Shown: in pieces, positions 27,446 to 36,703 of the stretch
How positions within the stretch are numbered: the first letter of the stretch is position 1
How the letters are laid out: each line of letters begins with the position of its first letter
Source of the DNA: a virus
IMG/VR virus record: IMGVR_UViG_3300020391_000004
Coordinates: 32,001 to 96,000 of that record
Length of the DNA: 64,000 bases
Strand: one strand, 5' to 3'
Notes under the pieces: generated by a model
What the model saw: the letters and a program-made list of their open reading frames with translations, nothing else
Database searches by the model: none
Told to the model about the DNA's origin: nothing
Translations under genes and position numbers: made by a program

Positions 27446-29143
27446 ATGAAGATACCCAAAGATGCGAAGGCTCAATTAGAACGATTACTCGGCAGATTCA
27501 TAAGGCATATTCCGAACAATACTGAATATCATAACAGGCTTATCGAAGAACTAGAGATCATACTCAGACTTCGTTTCGTCGATTACTTCCTAACAATTTG
27601 CGATGTACTGGCGCTAACCAAAGACATAACACATATGACTCGTGGTTCAGCAGGGTCTAGTCTCGTCTGCTACCTACTTGGTATAACAGACGTGGATCCC
27701 ATAAGATGGCAAATACCGGTAGCACGTTTCCTAAATCCTTTAAGGGATGACTTACCAGATGTAGATATAGACTTTCCACACTGGCAACAGGATGCCGTTA
27801 TGCAAAAAATATTTGCTAAATGGCCCGGAAAAAGTGCTCGTATCAGCAACTATGTAACTTATAAAGAAAAGAGTGCAAGGCGTGAAGCCGCACGACGTCT
27901 AGGTGCATCTGGTAAACTTCCCCGTGGCTTTAAATACGAAGATTTAGATATAGACAAGGAAGAAGCAATGAGAATCGAACGAAAATTATTAGGCAAAAAA
28001 AGAGCAATATCAAAACACTGTGGAGGAGTTCTTATATTCAAACACAACATGCCAAAAAGCCTAATAAATGCAGACAATCAAATATTATTAGACAAACGTG
28101 AAGTAGAAGACTTGGAGCATCTTAAAATAGATATCCTTGCTAACCGAGGACTTAGTCAACTGTTAGAAATAGATGCAGACACACCTCTAGAAGCATACCC
28201 AGAAGAAGATTACGAAACAAGTAAATTATTGTGTAGCGGAAATGTAATAGGAGTAACACAAGCAGAATCTCCTGCTATGAGAAGATTATTCCAAGCAATA
28301 CAACCAAAAGGAAAAAGCGACTGTGTATTTGCTACGGCACTAATAAGACCAGTAGCAACTACAGGTAGACAGAAAGCCAGTTTCTTTCAAGACTGGACAG
28401 AACAAAAATTAGAAGATACTATTGTATACGAAGATGATGCAATTAAAAAAATATCAAAACTTATAGGTTGCGACATGTACGAAGCAGACATGTACCGTCG
28501 TGCTTTTGCAAGTCGTGACGAAGAGAAAGTTATGCAGTTCATGGAGAAGATGGGCGACAGTGAAAACAAAGAAGAGATTATAAAAGAACTTTATGGACTA
28601 GGAAACTTTGGACTATGCAGAGCTCATGCAGTAAATTTAGGCAGACTAATTTGGGCATTAGCATATCAGAAAGCACACAATCCAAAACAGTTTTGGAAGG
28701 CGGCACTTAAACATTGTCAAGGAAGTTATAGACGTTGGGTACATAAAACAGAAGCAAAGAATGTAGGATGGGATTTACGTGAACTAGGATATCCAAATGG
28801 TATCACAGAGTCACCACAACAACAATATAAACGTTATGGTTATTGGACACAACCAGAGTTTATGCCAAATATGTTTATACAAGAAACCTGGGGAGATAGA
28901 GTAAACTTTGCAGGACTTGTTGCTAACGGAAGAGTATTCAAAGGCGAACAAGGGAGATACGTTACATTCTTAACATTAGGTATTGCTAACGGTGAATACG
29001 TTGACGTAACTGTTAAGAAACCTTTTGGACATAGAGACCACGATGTTGTAGTAGGCAGTGGGAAGGTGCGTTATAGTAACGGTGCTCGTTATATAGATTG
29101 TTATGATGCTAAAGGTCATAGGCTACATCAGTATCTAAATTAG
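27446..29143 (+). CDS. dnaE: PHP-less DNA polymerase III alpha-like protein (565 aa)
   Basis: RGSAGSSLVCYLLGIT.VDP, PDVDIDF, HCGG, LKIDIL, ALIRP, HA, C-terminal OB-like fold; no N-terminal PHP domain. Confidence 0.85.
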   Translation: MKIPKDAKAQLERLLGRFIRHIPNNTEYHNRLIEELEIILRLRFVDYFLTICDVLALTKDITHMTRGSAGSSLVCYLLGITDVDPIRWQIPVARFLNPLRDDLPDVDIDFPHWQQDAVMQKIFAKWPGKSARISNYVTYKEKSARREAARRLGASGKLPRGFKYEDLDIDKEEAMRIERKLLGKKRAISKHCGGVLIFKHNMPKSLINADNQILLDKREVEDLEHLKIDILANRGLSQLLEIDADTPLEAYPEEDYETSKLLCSGNVIGVTQAESPAMRRLFQAIQPKGKSDCVFATALIRPVATTGRQKASFFQDWTEQKLEDTIVYEDDAIKKISKLIGCDMYEADMYRRAFASRDEEKVMQFMEKMGDSENKEEIIKELYGLGNFGLCRAHAVNLGRLIWALAYQKAHNPKQFWKAALKHCQGSYRRWVHKTEAKNVGWDLRELGYPNGITESPQQQYKRYGYWTQPEFMPNMFIQETWGDRVNFAGLVANGRVFKGEQGRYVTFLTLGIANGEYVDVTVKKPFGHRDHDVVVGSGKVRYSNGARYIDCYDAKGHRLHQYLN

Positions 29144-30541
29144 TTATTCGCTTTTTAATCCTGCTAACATATCTTTTAATTTACTACTTTGTACACTTGC
29201 AGTAATTTTTTGTGTTTCACCTTGTGGTGCTTCAACAACTCCAGTATTAGTTTTATTTTTTAGTTGATCATAGATACTACTAGTTTGTTTCTTAAACTGT
29301 TGATATTCTTGATCTTCGCCCAAGTCACGGATACGTAAACTTTCTACATCAAACTCTAAGTCTATCTTTTGTCCGACTCCACTACTACTTCTAGTCTTCA
29401 TAAGTTGTAACTGATACCTGCCACGTTCTCTCATTGCACGACTTGTAAATATACCAAACACATTGTCTGCAGTATTAATCTTACTAAGTCCTCCGCTGAT
29501 ATGCGAATGATCAAACTCTATCTCATCTACTGCACCTCTATTCAACTGCGATGCAGTAACAAATACACAGTTTAATTCTTTTGCTAGGTTACGTAATTCT
29601 TCCGATACATACTTGTCCTTAACAAATAAATCACTTGGCGATACTTTTGCACTAACTGGCATAAGCAGATCTAAATAATCTATAAGCAGGAAGTCTATAG
29701 TCCAACCATTCTTTATTTGTAACTCTTTCAAATATGCTCTAATATCATTTACGTTACTTTGTGCAGGCATATATTTTATTTGTAAGTTGCCTGCCTTTTT
29801 ACCAGCCATCTTAACTTTCATTTCTACTGTATCTAAGTCTTTGAATACTTCTTTAGTAGATACATTTGTAAGCATACTATCTATTCTCATAGCACTTAGT
29901 CCTTCACTAAGTTCTAGTGTCAAGTACACTCCGTTTAATCCGTTTGTTACCCAATTCACTGCTAAGTTCTGCATAAACAAACTTTTACCACTGCCGGATC
30001 CACCAGCAAATATATTCAGTTCACCTTTATTCATACCACCAAACAGTTTACGATCCATTGCGGGCCAACCTGTAGTAATTTGTCCATTATTATCTTTCAA
30101 TGCCATAAGTCTGCCTTTAGGATCTAAGAAATAATCTGTTCCCATATCTTTTGTTAGACTAATTTGTACTGCATCTTTTATAAGTTTCTCAACCGGATCA
30201 TATGTTCCTTTTTCTAATAAGTCTGCCGCCTTAAGTATTGCACGTTCTAGTTCTTGTCGCTTTGTAAATCCCTCAAACTCTGCTAGGAACCAATCATTAT
30301 GACTTTCATGTATATCTGGTACAGGCTTTAGTTCTACACCTGTCACTGCCTTTACTTGTTCATACGTAGGCAATGCACCATGTTCGTCACTATGTGTCTT
30401 TATAAACTCTGCAGTATCATACAAACTCCTATCAAAGTTATCAATGTTGTAAATGTTCTGCACACGAACATAATTCTGTGCATCATTCATCATCATTTCT
30501 AAAAATAGTTTTTGTAAATCTTTTGTATATTCTTTAGCCAT
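29144..30541 (-). CDS. Replicative DnaB/T4 gp41-like helicase
   Basis: GELNIFAGGSGSGKS, LTLELSE, IDYLDL, TASQLNR, KTRSS; start MAKEY (TAATG overlap). Confidence 0.92.
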   Translation of the reverse strand: MAKEYTKDLQKLFLEMMMNDAQNYVRVQNIYNIDNFDRSLYDTAEFIKTHSDEHGALPTYEQVKAVTGVELKPVPDIHESHNDWFLAEFEGFTKRQELERAILKAADLLEKGTYDPVEKLIKDAVQISLTKDMGTDYFLDPKGRLMALKDNNGQITTGWPAMDRKLFGGMNKGELNIFAGGSGSGKSLFMQNLAVNWVTNGLNGVYLTLELSEGLSAMRIDSMLTNVSTKEVFKDLDTVEMKVKMAGKKAGNLQIKYMPAQSNVNDIRAYLKELQIKNGWTIDFLLIDYLDLLMPVSAKVSPSDLFVKDKYVSEELRNLAKELNCVFVTASQLNRGAVDEIEFDHSHISGGLSKINTADNVFGIFTSRAMRERGRYQLQLMKTRSSSGVGQKIDLEFDVESLRIRDLGEDQEYQQFKKQTSSIYDQLKNKTNTGVVEAPQGETQKITASVQSSKLKDMLAGLKSE

Positions 30542-31422
30542 TAACACTTCCCACAATTAAACACACAATAGTCTGGCTTACTATCTTGTATTGTAGCATA
30601 AAAATTATGAAAACGCCTAATACAATCTGTAAGACTGTTGTCCTTTATTGTTAATTTATTCTTCCACCATTCACTTTTATACCAAAAAGAATAATTTTTA
30701 GTATAACAACAAGGTGCATAAAATCCATCTGCACTAATGTAATGACTTTTGCCATCAGCACATTCTGGATCTATTTCAAAGTTTTTAATATTACTTGTCA
30801 TATATTTTTGTTGTACTTCGTCTCTAGGACCTATATAATTTTCTTTTGGTCGTAGATAGTCGTCTATCTCATATCTGTCACTCGGATCTAATTTAAAATT
30901 ATCAATACCTAACTTTTTACTTAAACTTTTCGCTTCTTCTATGTCATTCTCATTAAAGGAAAAAGGAATATATTTCCATGTTGTTTCAACTTTACTTTTC
31001 ACACAAATATCTATACCTGTTTTAATACTGTCCCAATCGCCATTTATTCTATACTTTGTAAAATTATCAGGTGTACCATCAATACTAAAGTCTATTTTAT
31101 CATTATCATCTAATATAGAAACAAGTTTTTCCCACCATATTTTATTTTTTCTACTTGCATTTGTAGTAATAGTCACTGATTTGCATAATCCTTTAGATAC
31201 CTCTACTAATGCTAAAAAGTTTTTATGATATATTGGATCTCCTAAGTTTCCACAGAAGTTTATATGATCGACTTTATCATCAATAAAATTTTTAAAATCG
31301 TTTATGTTTAAATCATTAATTGAAAAATTATTTTTTCCAAACTTATCTATAAAAGTTGTTCGTTCGCATCTTGGACATGCCAGTGTGCATCTACTAGTAG
31401 CCTCAACATGTAAGCCTACCAT
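30541..31422 (-). CDS. Radical SAM protein with auxiliary Cys domain, between primase and helicase
   Basis: CTLACPRC, FCGNLGDP, TTN, PCCY...C..NCG. Confidence 0.85.
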   Translation of the reverse strand: MVGLHVEATSRCTLACPRCERTTFIDKFGKNNFSINDLNINDFKNFIDDKVDHINFCGNLGDPIYHKNFLALVEVSKGLCKSVTITTNASRKNKIWWEKLVSILDDNDKIDFSIDGTPDNFTKYRINGDWDSIKTGIDICVKSKVETTWKYIPFSFNENDIEEAKSLSKKLGIDNFKLDPSDRYEIDDYLRPKENYIGPRDEVQQKYMTSNIKNFEIDPECADGKSHYISADGFYAPCCYTKNYSFWYKSEWWKNKLTIKDNSLTDCIRRFHNFYATIQDSKPDYCVFNCGKC

Positions 31423-32369
31423 CTTTTTCTCTGCAAATTTATTTTAAGACTCATAGTCTGTTTTGCATCTAAAATACTTTTAAGTGTGAACAGTTTACCA
31501 TATCTTACTACTGCATCATTTACATCTTTAACATCTGGCTCCCACTCAGGAAAACTTACACTCCAACCAAACTCTAATGCATCATCAATAAGTCTTTGTC
31601 CAGCCTTATCTTTATCTGGAACTAGTATCACTTCTCTACCTAGTGTATCTATAATCTGTGCTTGTGTCTCACTACAACGGTTGTTCATTATTCCTATGCC
31701 ACCTATACATATAGCATCTAATAATCCTTCAGTTACAATTATAAACCTACTGTTAGGCAACTGATTATCAATGCCATAAACGAAACCACTATCATGACTA
31801 GTAAAATATTTGGGTTTGGTGTCATTATCTACACTCCTTGCACTAAATCCTATTGTACGTCTACCCCACTTGAATGGAATAATTATTCTTTTATGCATGC
31901 CAGCTGCTTTACTATCACTGTACATAATTTTTTCTAATGGCAATGCCCTACTTTCTGCATATAGTCTTATATGTTCAGGCAATTCGTTTGTACTATTATC
32001 AGGCAACTTTCTACTTTTAAAATCTACTTCAAACTTTTCTTCTTCTACTTGTTCCTGTACTGTATCTTTTATTCTTAATGCTTCTATATTCAGCATCTGT
32101 CTAGTATTCTCATCAACACCTAACCAAGTTAATAACTTACGTAACTTGAAACTAATATGTCTGCCTGGTTGCCACCCTGTTTTAAAATTACAATTAAAAC
32201 AATGATAACTTACTGCTTCACCATTTGTAATTACTCCGCCTCTACTGCGTTTGTCCTGACTCTCACCATTATGATGACAACAGACGGCGTTAAAACTAAC
32301 CCATCCATTAGTAGTTCTCTTTTGTTTGCCAGGCAAACTATCTATTATTGTTTGTTGAATACTATTCAA
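31416..32369 (-). CDS. DNA primase (T4 gp61-like)
   Basis: Zn ribbon CC.H...HCFNC; TOPRIM TEGLLDA and PDKDKAG. Confidence 0.9.
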   Translation of the reverse strand: MNSIQQTIIDSLPGKQKRTTNGWVSFNAVCCHHNGESQDKRSRGGVITNGEAVSYHCFNCNFKTGWQPGRHISFKLRKLLTWLGVDENTRQMLNIEALRIKDTVQEQVEEEKFEVDFKSRKLPDNSTNELPEHIRLYAESRALPLEKIMYSDSKAAGMHKRIIIPFKWGRRTIGFSARSVDNDTKPKYFTSHDSGFVYGIDNQLPNSRFIIVTEGLLDAICIGGIGIMNNRCSETQAQIIDTLGREVILVPDKDKAGQRLIDDALEFGWSVSFPEWEPDVKDVNDAVVRYGKLFTLKSILDAKQTMSLKINLQRKRW

Positions 32370-32653
32370 AAGTCAACATCTCTGCCGTTTATATTGTATG
32401 TTCCATGTGTAAATCCTGCATCCATCTTTTCAACTTCAGTCATGTCATCACTATCAATCCTACGATGTGGATCTTTCTTCATTTGTTCAAGCCTACTTGG
32501 CTTTTTTGCATTGTCTTTGCCACATACAGAGCAAACGCCTGTAACACCACCGCAACTGCCGCTTACACGTCGGCCTCTCAGGAGGCCTATAGCCATGATA
32601 GCCGTAATTGCCAGAAATAATACCAAGCATAATCCAAATACCCCCAAATCCAT
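32366..32653 (-). CDS. NqrM/DUF539-like small membrane protein
   Basis: TM helix then MAIGLL.GR..SGSCGG...CSVCG. Confidence 0.7.
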   Translation of the reverse strand: MDLGVFGLCLVLFLAITAIMAIGLLRGRRVSGSCGGVTGVCSVCGKDNAKKPSRLEQMKKDPHRRIDSDDMTEVEKMDAGFTHGTYNINGRDVDF

Positions 32654-32905
32654 TTATTTCATTCTTTGTATATCTTTGTAAGTACATTCATCTTCAATAG
32701 TAATATCGCTATCTGTTTCTATCCACAGTTTAGCACCACAACTTAATGGCTTTTCAGGTCTGTAAACCATCTTGCTAGGTCCATGTATTTCTACTGCACT
32801 ACCATATCTAGCTTTGCTACCTTCTTGTACTCTACATACAGGCAAATCACGGTCGTGTTTTTCATTTTGTTGTATTATATTTCTATTAATATGAATGTAC
32901 TTCAA
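32654..32905 (-). CDS. Conserved-type small phage protein
   Basis: IHINRN.I..N.K...YG..VEI.GPS..VY.P.KPLSCGA.LWIET. Confidence 0.65.
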   Translation of the reverse strand: MKYIHINRNIIQQNEKHDRDLPVCRVQEGSKARYGSAVEIHGPSKMVYRPEKPLSCGAKLWIETDSDITIEDECTYKDIQRMK

Positions 32906-32909
32906 CTTT

Positions 32910-33683
32910 TTATCCTTTGAACATATTGTCCATATTGTGGCTTAGATACTGAAATTTTTCTGCGAACCTATTGTCTGTACCACCACCTCTTACTGCTGCA
33001 ATATGCTGCATAGTATTTACTACTTCCAAGTATTTTATTTTTTTATCACGCTTTGTGTTATCCAAAAAACTTTTACACCATTCATTTTTTGAATTTTGAA
33101 AAATATCAATACCAAGATAAGAATTAGGTGAAAATGTTTTTTTGTCATAACACCAGTTACTATTTGTGTATCTAGGAGATTCATAAAGGACTATACTATT
33201 TTTATAAGATCTTAATGCTGATAAACATGCCTGATTTACAAGTTTATGATCTCCATGATAATCGCTACTAGGCACTAGCACCATATCATAGTGTTTATTA
33301 GGTTCATTTTTAGGTGCATGAACTTCTTCAACTATCCTTTTTATTATGTCTTGTATTTGAGTATCGCCTCTGCTTGAAAGTCTTCTTATATAAGTTGGAC
33401 TATAGTCTTTACTAATATTTTCATTAAGCCAATTTGTATTGTAGAATTTTCCATCTGGGCATTGTAAAAACTTGTAATTGTATCCGTATTTTTTTGAATT
33501 AGCGTCAATTACCTCATGATTTTCTTTAACACAATAAAGTATATCTACACGCCATTGATTAGCCAATAACTTTAATATTAAGCCGCCGGCTCCTTCATTA
33601 ATATCATCGCAGTGAGGACTTATTGCCAGTATCCTACCACGTTTGTTATGTTTCCTACCACAACAATTTTCTGTTTCAATCAT
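32910..33683 (-). CDS. PIG-L/LmbE family N-acetylsugar deacetylase
   Basis: AISPHCDDINEGAGG and DYHGDH metal motifs, AEKF near the C-terminus; start probably MIETEN. Confidence 0.8.
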   Translation of the reverse strand: MIETENCCGRKHNKRGRILAISPHCDDINEGAGGLILKLLANQWRVDILYCVKENHEVIDANSKKYGYNYKFLQCPDGKFYNTNWLNENISKDYSPTYIRRLSSRGDTQIQDIIKRIVEEVHAPKNEPNKHYDMVLVPSSDYHGDHKLVNQACLSALRSYKNSIVLYESPRYTNSNWCYDKKTFSPNSYLGIDIFQNSKNEWCKSFLDNTKRDKKIKYLEVVNTMQHIAAVRGGGTDNRFAEKFQYLSHNMDNMFKG

Positions 33684-33741
33684 TTTGTTAATCCCCTTTT
33701 CATAAAACAGTTGCATTTCTACCACAGAAATGTTTTTATAA

Positions 33742-34401
33742 TTAATCTATTATATGACTTTTTGCAAATTCTGTCAACCTAATTGTAAAGTATTCATGTC
33801 CTTGTTCATTTGGATGTCCACCAGATTTCATAAAATTTTTACGATTATCCTCTCTGACTGCTTGTTCTAACATATCTCGCATTGTACTACCATCTATAAA
33901 ATAATTAGGATAATTTGTAGTTTCATGATTTCCTAGTGAATTAAATTGCAGGATAGGAATATTTTTTGCTTTACATATACTATTAACTATTAATTTTGCA
34001 TTATCAGTATACATATCAAAACTTTCAGTTGTTGAATTTACAGTCCATTCTTTTGCACTTTTTGTCCACCCAGTTTGTGAGTTAACAAATCCATTATGAA
34101 TCCATGAAGATCCATACCAACTCATTCTTGTTTTTGCAGTCCAACCAATACAAATTATTATCTTTTCAGATTCATTATAATTTTTTAAAAAATATTGGGA
34201 AACTTGTTGTGCAATTGCAAAATTACTATTAGCAGGTTCACCACGATTATCGAATCCACAACCCAAACTATCTGCGAGGCGACCTAACCAAACATGCTTT
34301 TCTCTGTAAGGATCATTTAGTTTATTGTGTTCATTGCCAATTTCAGGATCTACAAGTTCACTTCCATAGGTAAAACTACACCCAAAACCTACTACACGCA
34401 T
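33742..34401 (-). CDS. SGNH hydrolase-like protein, paralog 2
   Basis: FGCSFTYG, NRG.PANSN, GGHPNEQGH. Confidence 0.6.
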   Translation of the reverse strand: MRVVGFGCSFTYGSELVDPEIGNEHNKLNDPYREKHVWLGRLADSLGCGFDNRGEPANSNFAIAQQVSQYFLKNYNESEKIIICIGWTAKTRMSWYGSSWIHNGFVNSQTGWTKSAKEWTVNSTTESFDMYTDNAKLIVNSICKAKNIPILQFNSLGNHETTNYPNYFIDGSTMRDMLEQAVREDNRKNFMKSGGHPNEQGHEYFTIRLTEFAKSHIID

Positions 34402-35156
34402 TATGGTCTATATAATACTTGACTCAATGTTCCTGAAGTAGTAGTACGAACAAAACGGACTGCACTATACACACCAGTAAAATTTATAAAAGCATTTTCT
34501 GTCTGCGATGTGTAATTTGTTGTAGATATAGTTGTAAAATCAGCGTTTTGAATACTATTGCTTGGATTAATCGAACCTTGTATTGCCAGGCTACCTGTAA
34601 ATGCACTACTGAAAAATACTTGTGCAGTATGCTGAGCAGTATTACGATTTATGTAAGGTGTAATTGCTATTGAACTGCCAGTATCTCCACCAGCAAATGA
34701 CTCTGTTGTACTTTCGATAAAAGCCGGATAGATTCCTTCTACTACTTCTAATGTACCATTTGCACCAAAATTATCATCAGCATATGCAGGACTTATTCTG
34801 CCTTCTGGTCCTGTAACTTTTAGACTATAATTGTAAAATTTGGCATCTAAATTAAGTAAGTCACCTTGTGTAATACTTGCTTCGAACAAGCCTTTACGAG
34901 GATCTAATGGAGTCAAAGCTCGCTCTGTATATGCCACACTATTTTCTTTGTCCATTAGGATAATTGTTGCAGTATGGTTGGTCATTACTATACGTTTTTG
35001 ATCTCTATTTTTAAACTCTATGCGTATAAAATTGTCTATACCTCTATAGACTTTAATATTAGGTGTGTAAAACATGCTCATCTGATTATTAACTCCAGTA
35101 TCAGTTACAACCGCAGTGTGTTTTTGTGCATATAAATATCCAGTAGTAACAGTCAT
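34401..35156 (-). CDS. Virion structural protein (BppU-like N-terminal domain)
   Basis: VYRGIDN.I..EFKN.DQK; beta-rich; late promoter directly upstream. Confidence 0.55.
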   Translation of the reverse strand: MTVTTGYLYAQKHTAVVTDTGVNNQMSMFYTPNIKVYRGIDNFIRIEFKNRDQKRIVMTNHTATIILMDKENSVAYTERALTPLDPRKGLFEASITQGDLLNLDAKFYNYSLKVTGPEGRISPAYADDNFGANGTLEVVEGIYPAFIESTTESFAGGDTGSSIAITPYINRNTAQHTAQVFFSSAFTGSLAIQGSINPSNSIQNADFTTISTTNYTSQTENAFINFTGVYSAVRFVRTTTSGTLSQVLYRP

Positions 35157-35160
35157 ACTG

Positions 35161-35168
35161 TATTTATA
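35161..35168 (-). promoter_or_regulatory. T4-type late promoter TATAAATA
   Basis: TATAAATA-CAGT-ATG, identical to the 18753 element. Confidence 0.75.
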
Positions 35169-35177
35169 AAGGTTCGT

Positions 35178-35549
35178 ATGCCACCATTAGCAGAAGAAAT
35201 ATTTGAAAAATATCCGTTTTTAAGTCTAGTGACCTACGGTGGGCAAGAATATGTAGGAATCATACAAAATCAGGATGACGCTTTTTTAAGTATGTATGAT
35301 TATAGTAGACTAGATACTATATTGAAACCAAAATTTTTAGAACTAGGTGAAAGTTGGTGGTGGGAATCGAATAGGACAATTCCTATAAATTTGTTTTTAA
35401 AGAAAGATTTTAACGAATTTAGTAAATACTTAATAACATTTAACATAAAAGATACCGAAGTTGTAAAGGGTCCTAGTGTCAGTATTGCTGACCTAGCGAA
35501 AAAAAGAAGTAAGCGTCGAAATATTCAACTGGTAAAAAAAGTAAAGTAG
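35178..35549 (+). CDS. Hypothetical protein
   Basis: YPFLSLVTYG..EYVGII...WWWESNR.IPINLFL. Confidence 0.65.
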   Translation: MPPLAEEIFEKYPFLSLVTYGGQEYVGIIQNQDDAFLSMYDYSRLDTILKPKFLELGESWWWESNRTIPINLFLKKDFNEFSKYLITFNIKDTEVVKGPSVSIADLAKKRSKRRNIQLVKKVK

Positions 35550-35552
35550 ATT

Positions 35553-35921
35553 ATGGACTTCTTTTTATTGCTTCTAATAAAGCATGCCTTAGTGGATCTT
35601 GGTATTCAATCACAACTTAAAGGTATTAATAAAAGTAATTATTTTGGTAATGGACATGTACATTACATTCATCATGGTATAGGCACTATTGTCGTAGCTG
35701 GATTGTTTTTACCTGCAGTACCTGCCATATTTTGTGCGATTGTAGATTATTTGATACATTGGCATATAGACTTTACTAAACATAAAGTAAATAAAATTTT
35801 AAAGATTGAAAGTAGAACTAGAGCTTGGTGGTGGACTAATGTTATGGATCAAATATTACACTTCACTACATATTATTATATTGTAATATACTTTAGTGCA
35901 ATGTCTTTTTGGTTGTCGTAG
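35553..35921 (+). CDS. DUF3307-like membrane protein
   Basis: KHALVD...Q, HY..HG.GT, HWHIDF.K, DQ.LH. Confidence 0.75.
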   Translation: MDFFLLLLIKHALVDLGIQSQLKGINKSNYFGNGHVHYIHHGIGTIVVAGLFLPAVPAIFCAIVDYLIHWHIDFTKHKVNKILKIESRTRAWWWTNVMDQILHFTTYYYIVIYFSAMSFWLS

Positions 35922-36141
35922 TAATTTCAAAGCCAGGATATTCTTCATCTAAGGTATCAATTACATGACCTAACATATTTTGAATTTCTTCATCTGTCAT
36001 CATTTTTTTATATAAAACTATTGAATGTTTTAATAACATTGTTGCCATATACAAAGGATCATCAGAATCTTTTATTTGCGAATCAATATGTTTCACTAGA
36101 CCTTCTTGTATCTGTGACATCCTTTTAAGATTACTTTTCAT
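35893..36141 (-). CDS. Hypothetical protein
   Basis: 82-aa ORF coupled to the mini-DnaE. Confidence 0.5.
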   Translation of the reverse strand: MKSNLKRMSQIQEGLVKHIDSQIKDSDDPLYMATMLLKHSIVLYKKMMTDEEIQNMLGHVIDTLDEEYPGFEITTTTKKTLH

Positions 36142-36703
36142 TTTGTTTCCTTAGTATGTTCATATGCACTACAACCAATTGTGCATAAGCTACTGCGTGT
36201 GCTTTCTTAAAACTATAACTATCTAATCCTGCTTTATCCCAAATAGTTTCTGCAACTTCACGCCATGTTTTTCCTATTAAGTGTCTTTTTGCAGGACGTA
36301 TGACTGCTAAAAACATCGCCATCCTTGGTATACTTGTTATATCTTCTGGCATTCTTGCCATAGTTTCAAAGTGTTTACCAACATGAATTAGTTGTTCAAA
36401 AAAATCTCTATCATGTAGCGTTGTCCAATCGGGCTCAGCCATCATTTCTATCAGATGTATTTCATTTTTTATGTGTTGATACACACCTACATTAAGTAAG
36501 TCTAGTTTAAAATATCCTAGTTGTTCTGCAGTCTTATGATCAATTGTTGCAAGTCCATCGTGTGCTATAGGAACTTTATTGAAGTAAACACCAGTATTAT
36601 GTTTGTTCCCATTTTCTAGTCTAGCACCTACACCTTTAATATGTCTTAGTAAATGTGTTCTATCAGCAAAGTCTATATCTACGTCCGGCATACTAAATGT
36701 CAT
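36131..36703 (-). CDS. Minimal DnaE-like (C-family polymerase palm) protein, 190 aa
   Basis: PDVDIDF, KHNTGVYF, GYFKLDLL, AVIRPA, FKKAHAVAY in canonical DnaE order. Confidence 0.8.
   Translation of the reverse strand: MTFSMPDVDIDFADRTHLLRHIKGVGARLENGNKHNTGVYFNKVPIAHDGLATIDHKTAEQLGYFKLDLLNVGVYQHIKNEIHLIEMMAEPDWTTLHDRDFFEQLIHVGKHFETMARMPEDITSIPRMAMFLAVIRPAKRHLIGKTWREVAETIWDKAGLDSYSFKKAHAVAYAQLVVVHMNILRKQNEK

Noticed and set aside
7049-30541. Inteins or introns in nrdA, nrdB, helicase or dnaE
   Set aside because: Lengths are normal or short, reading frames are continuous, and no intein splice-junction or homing endonuclease motifs were seen.
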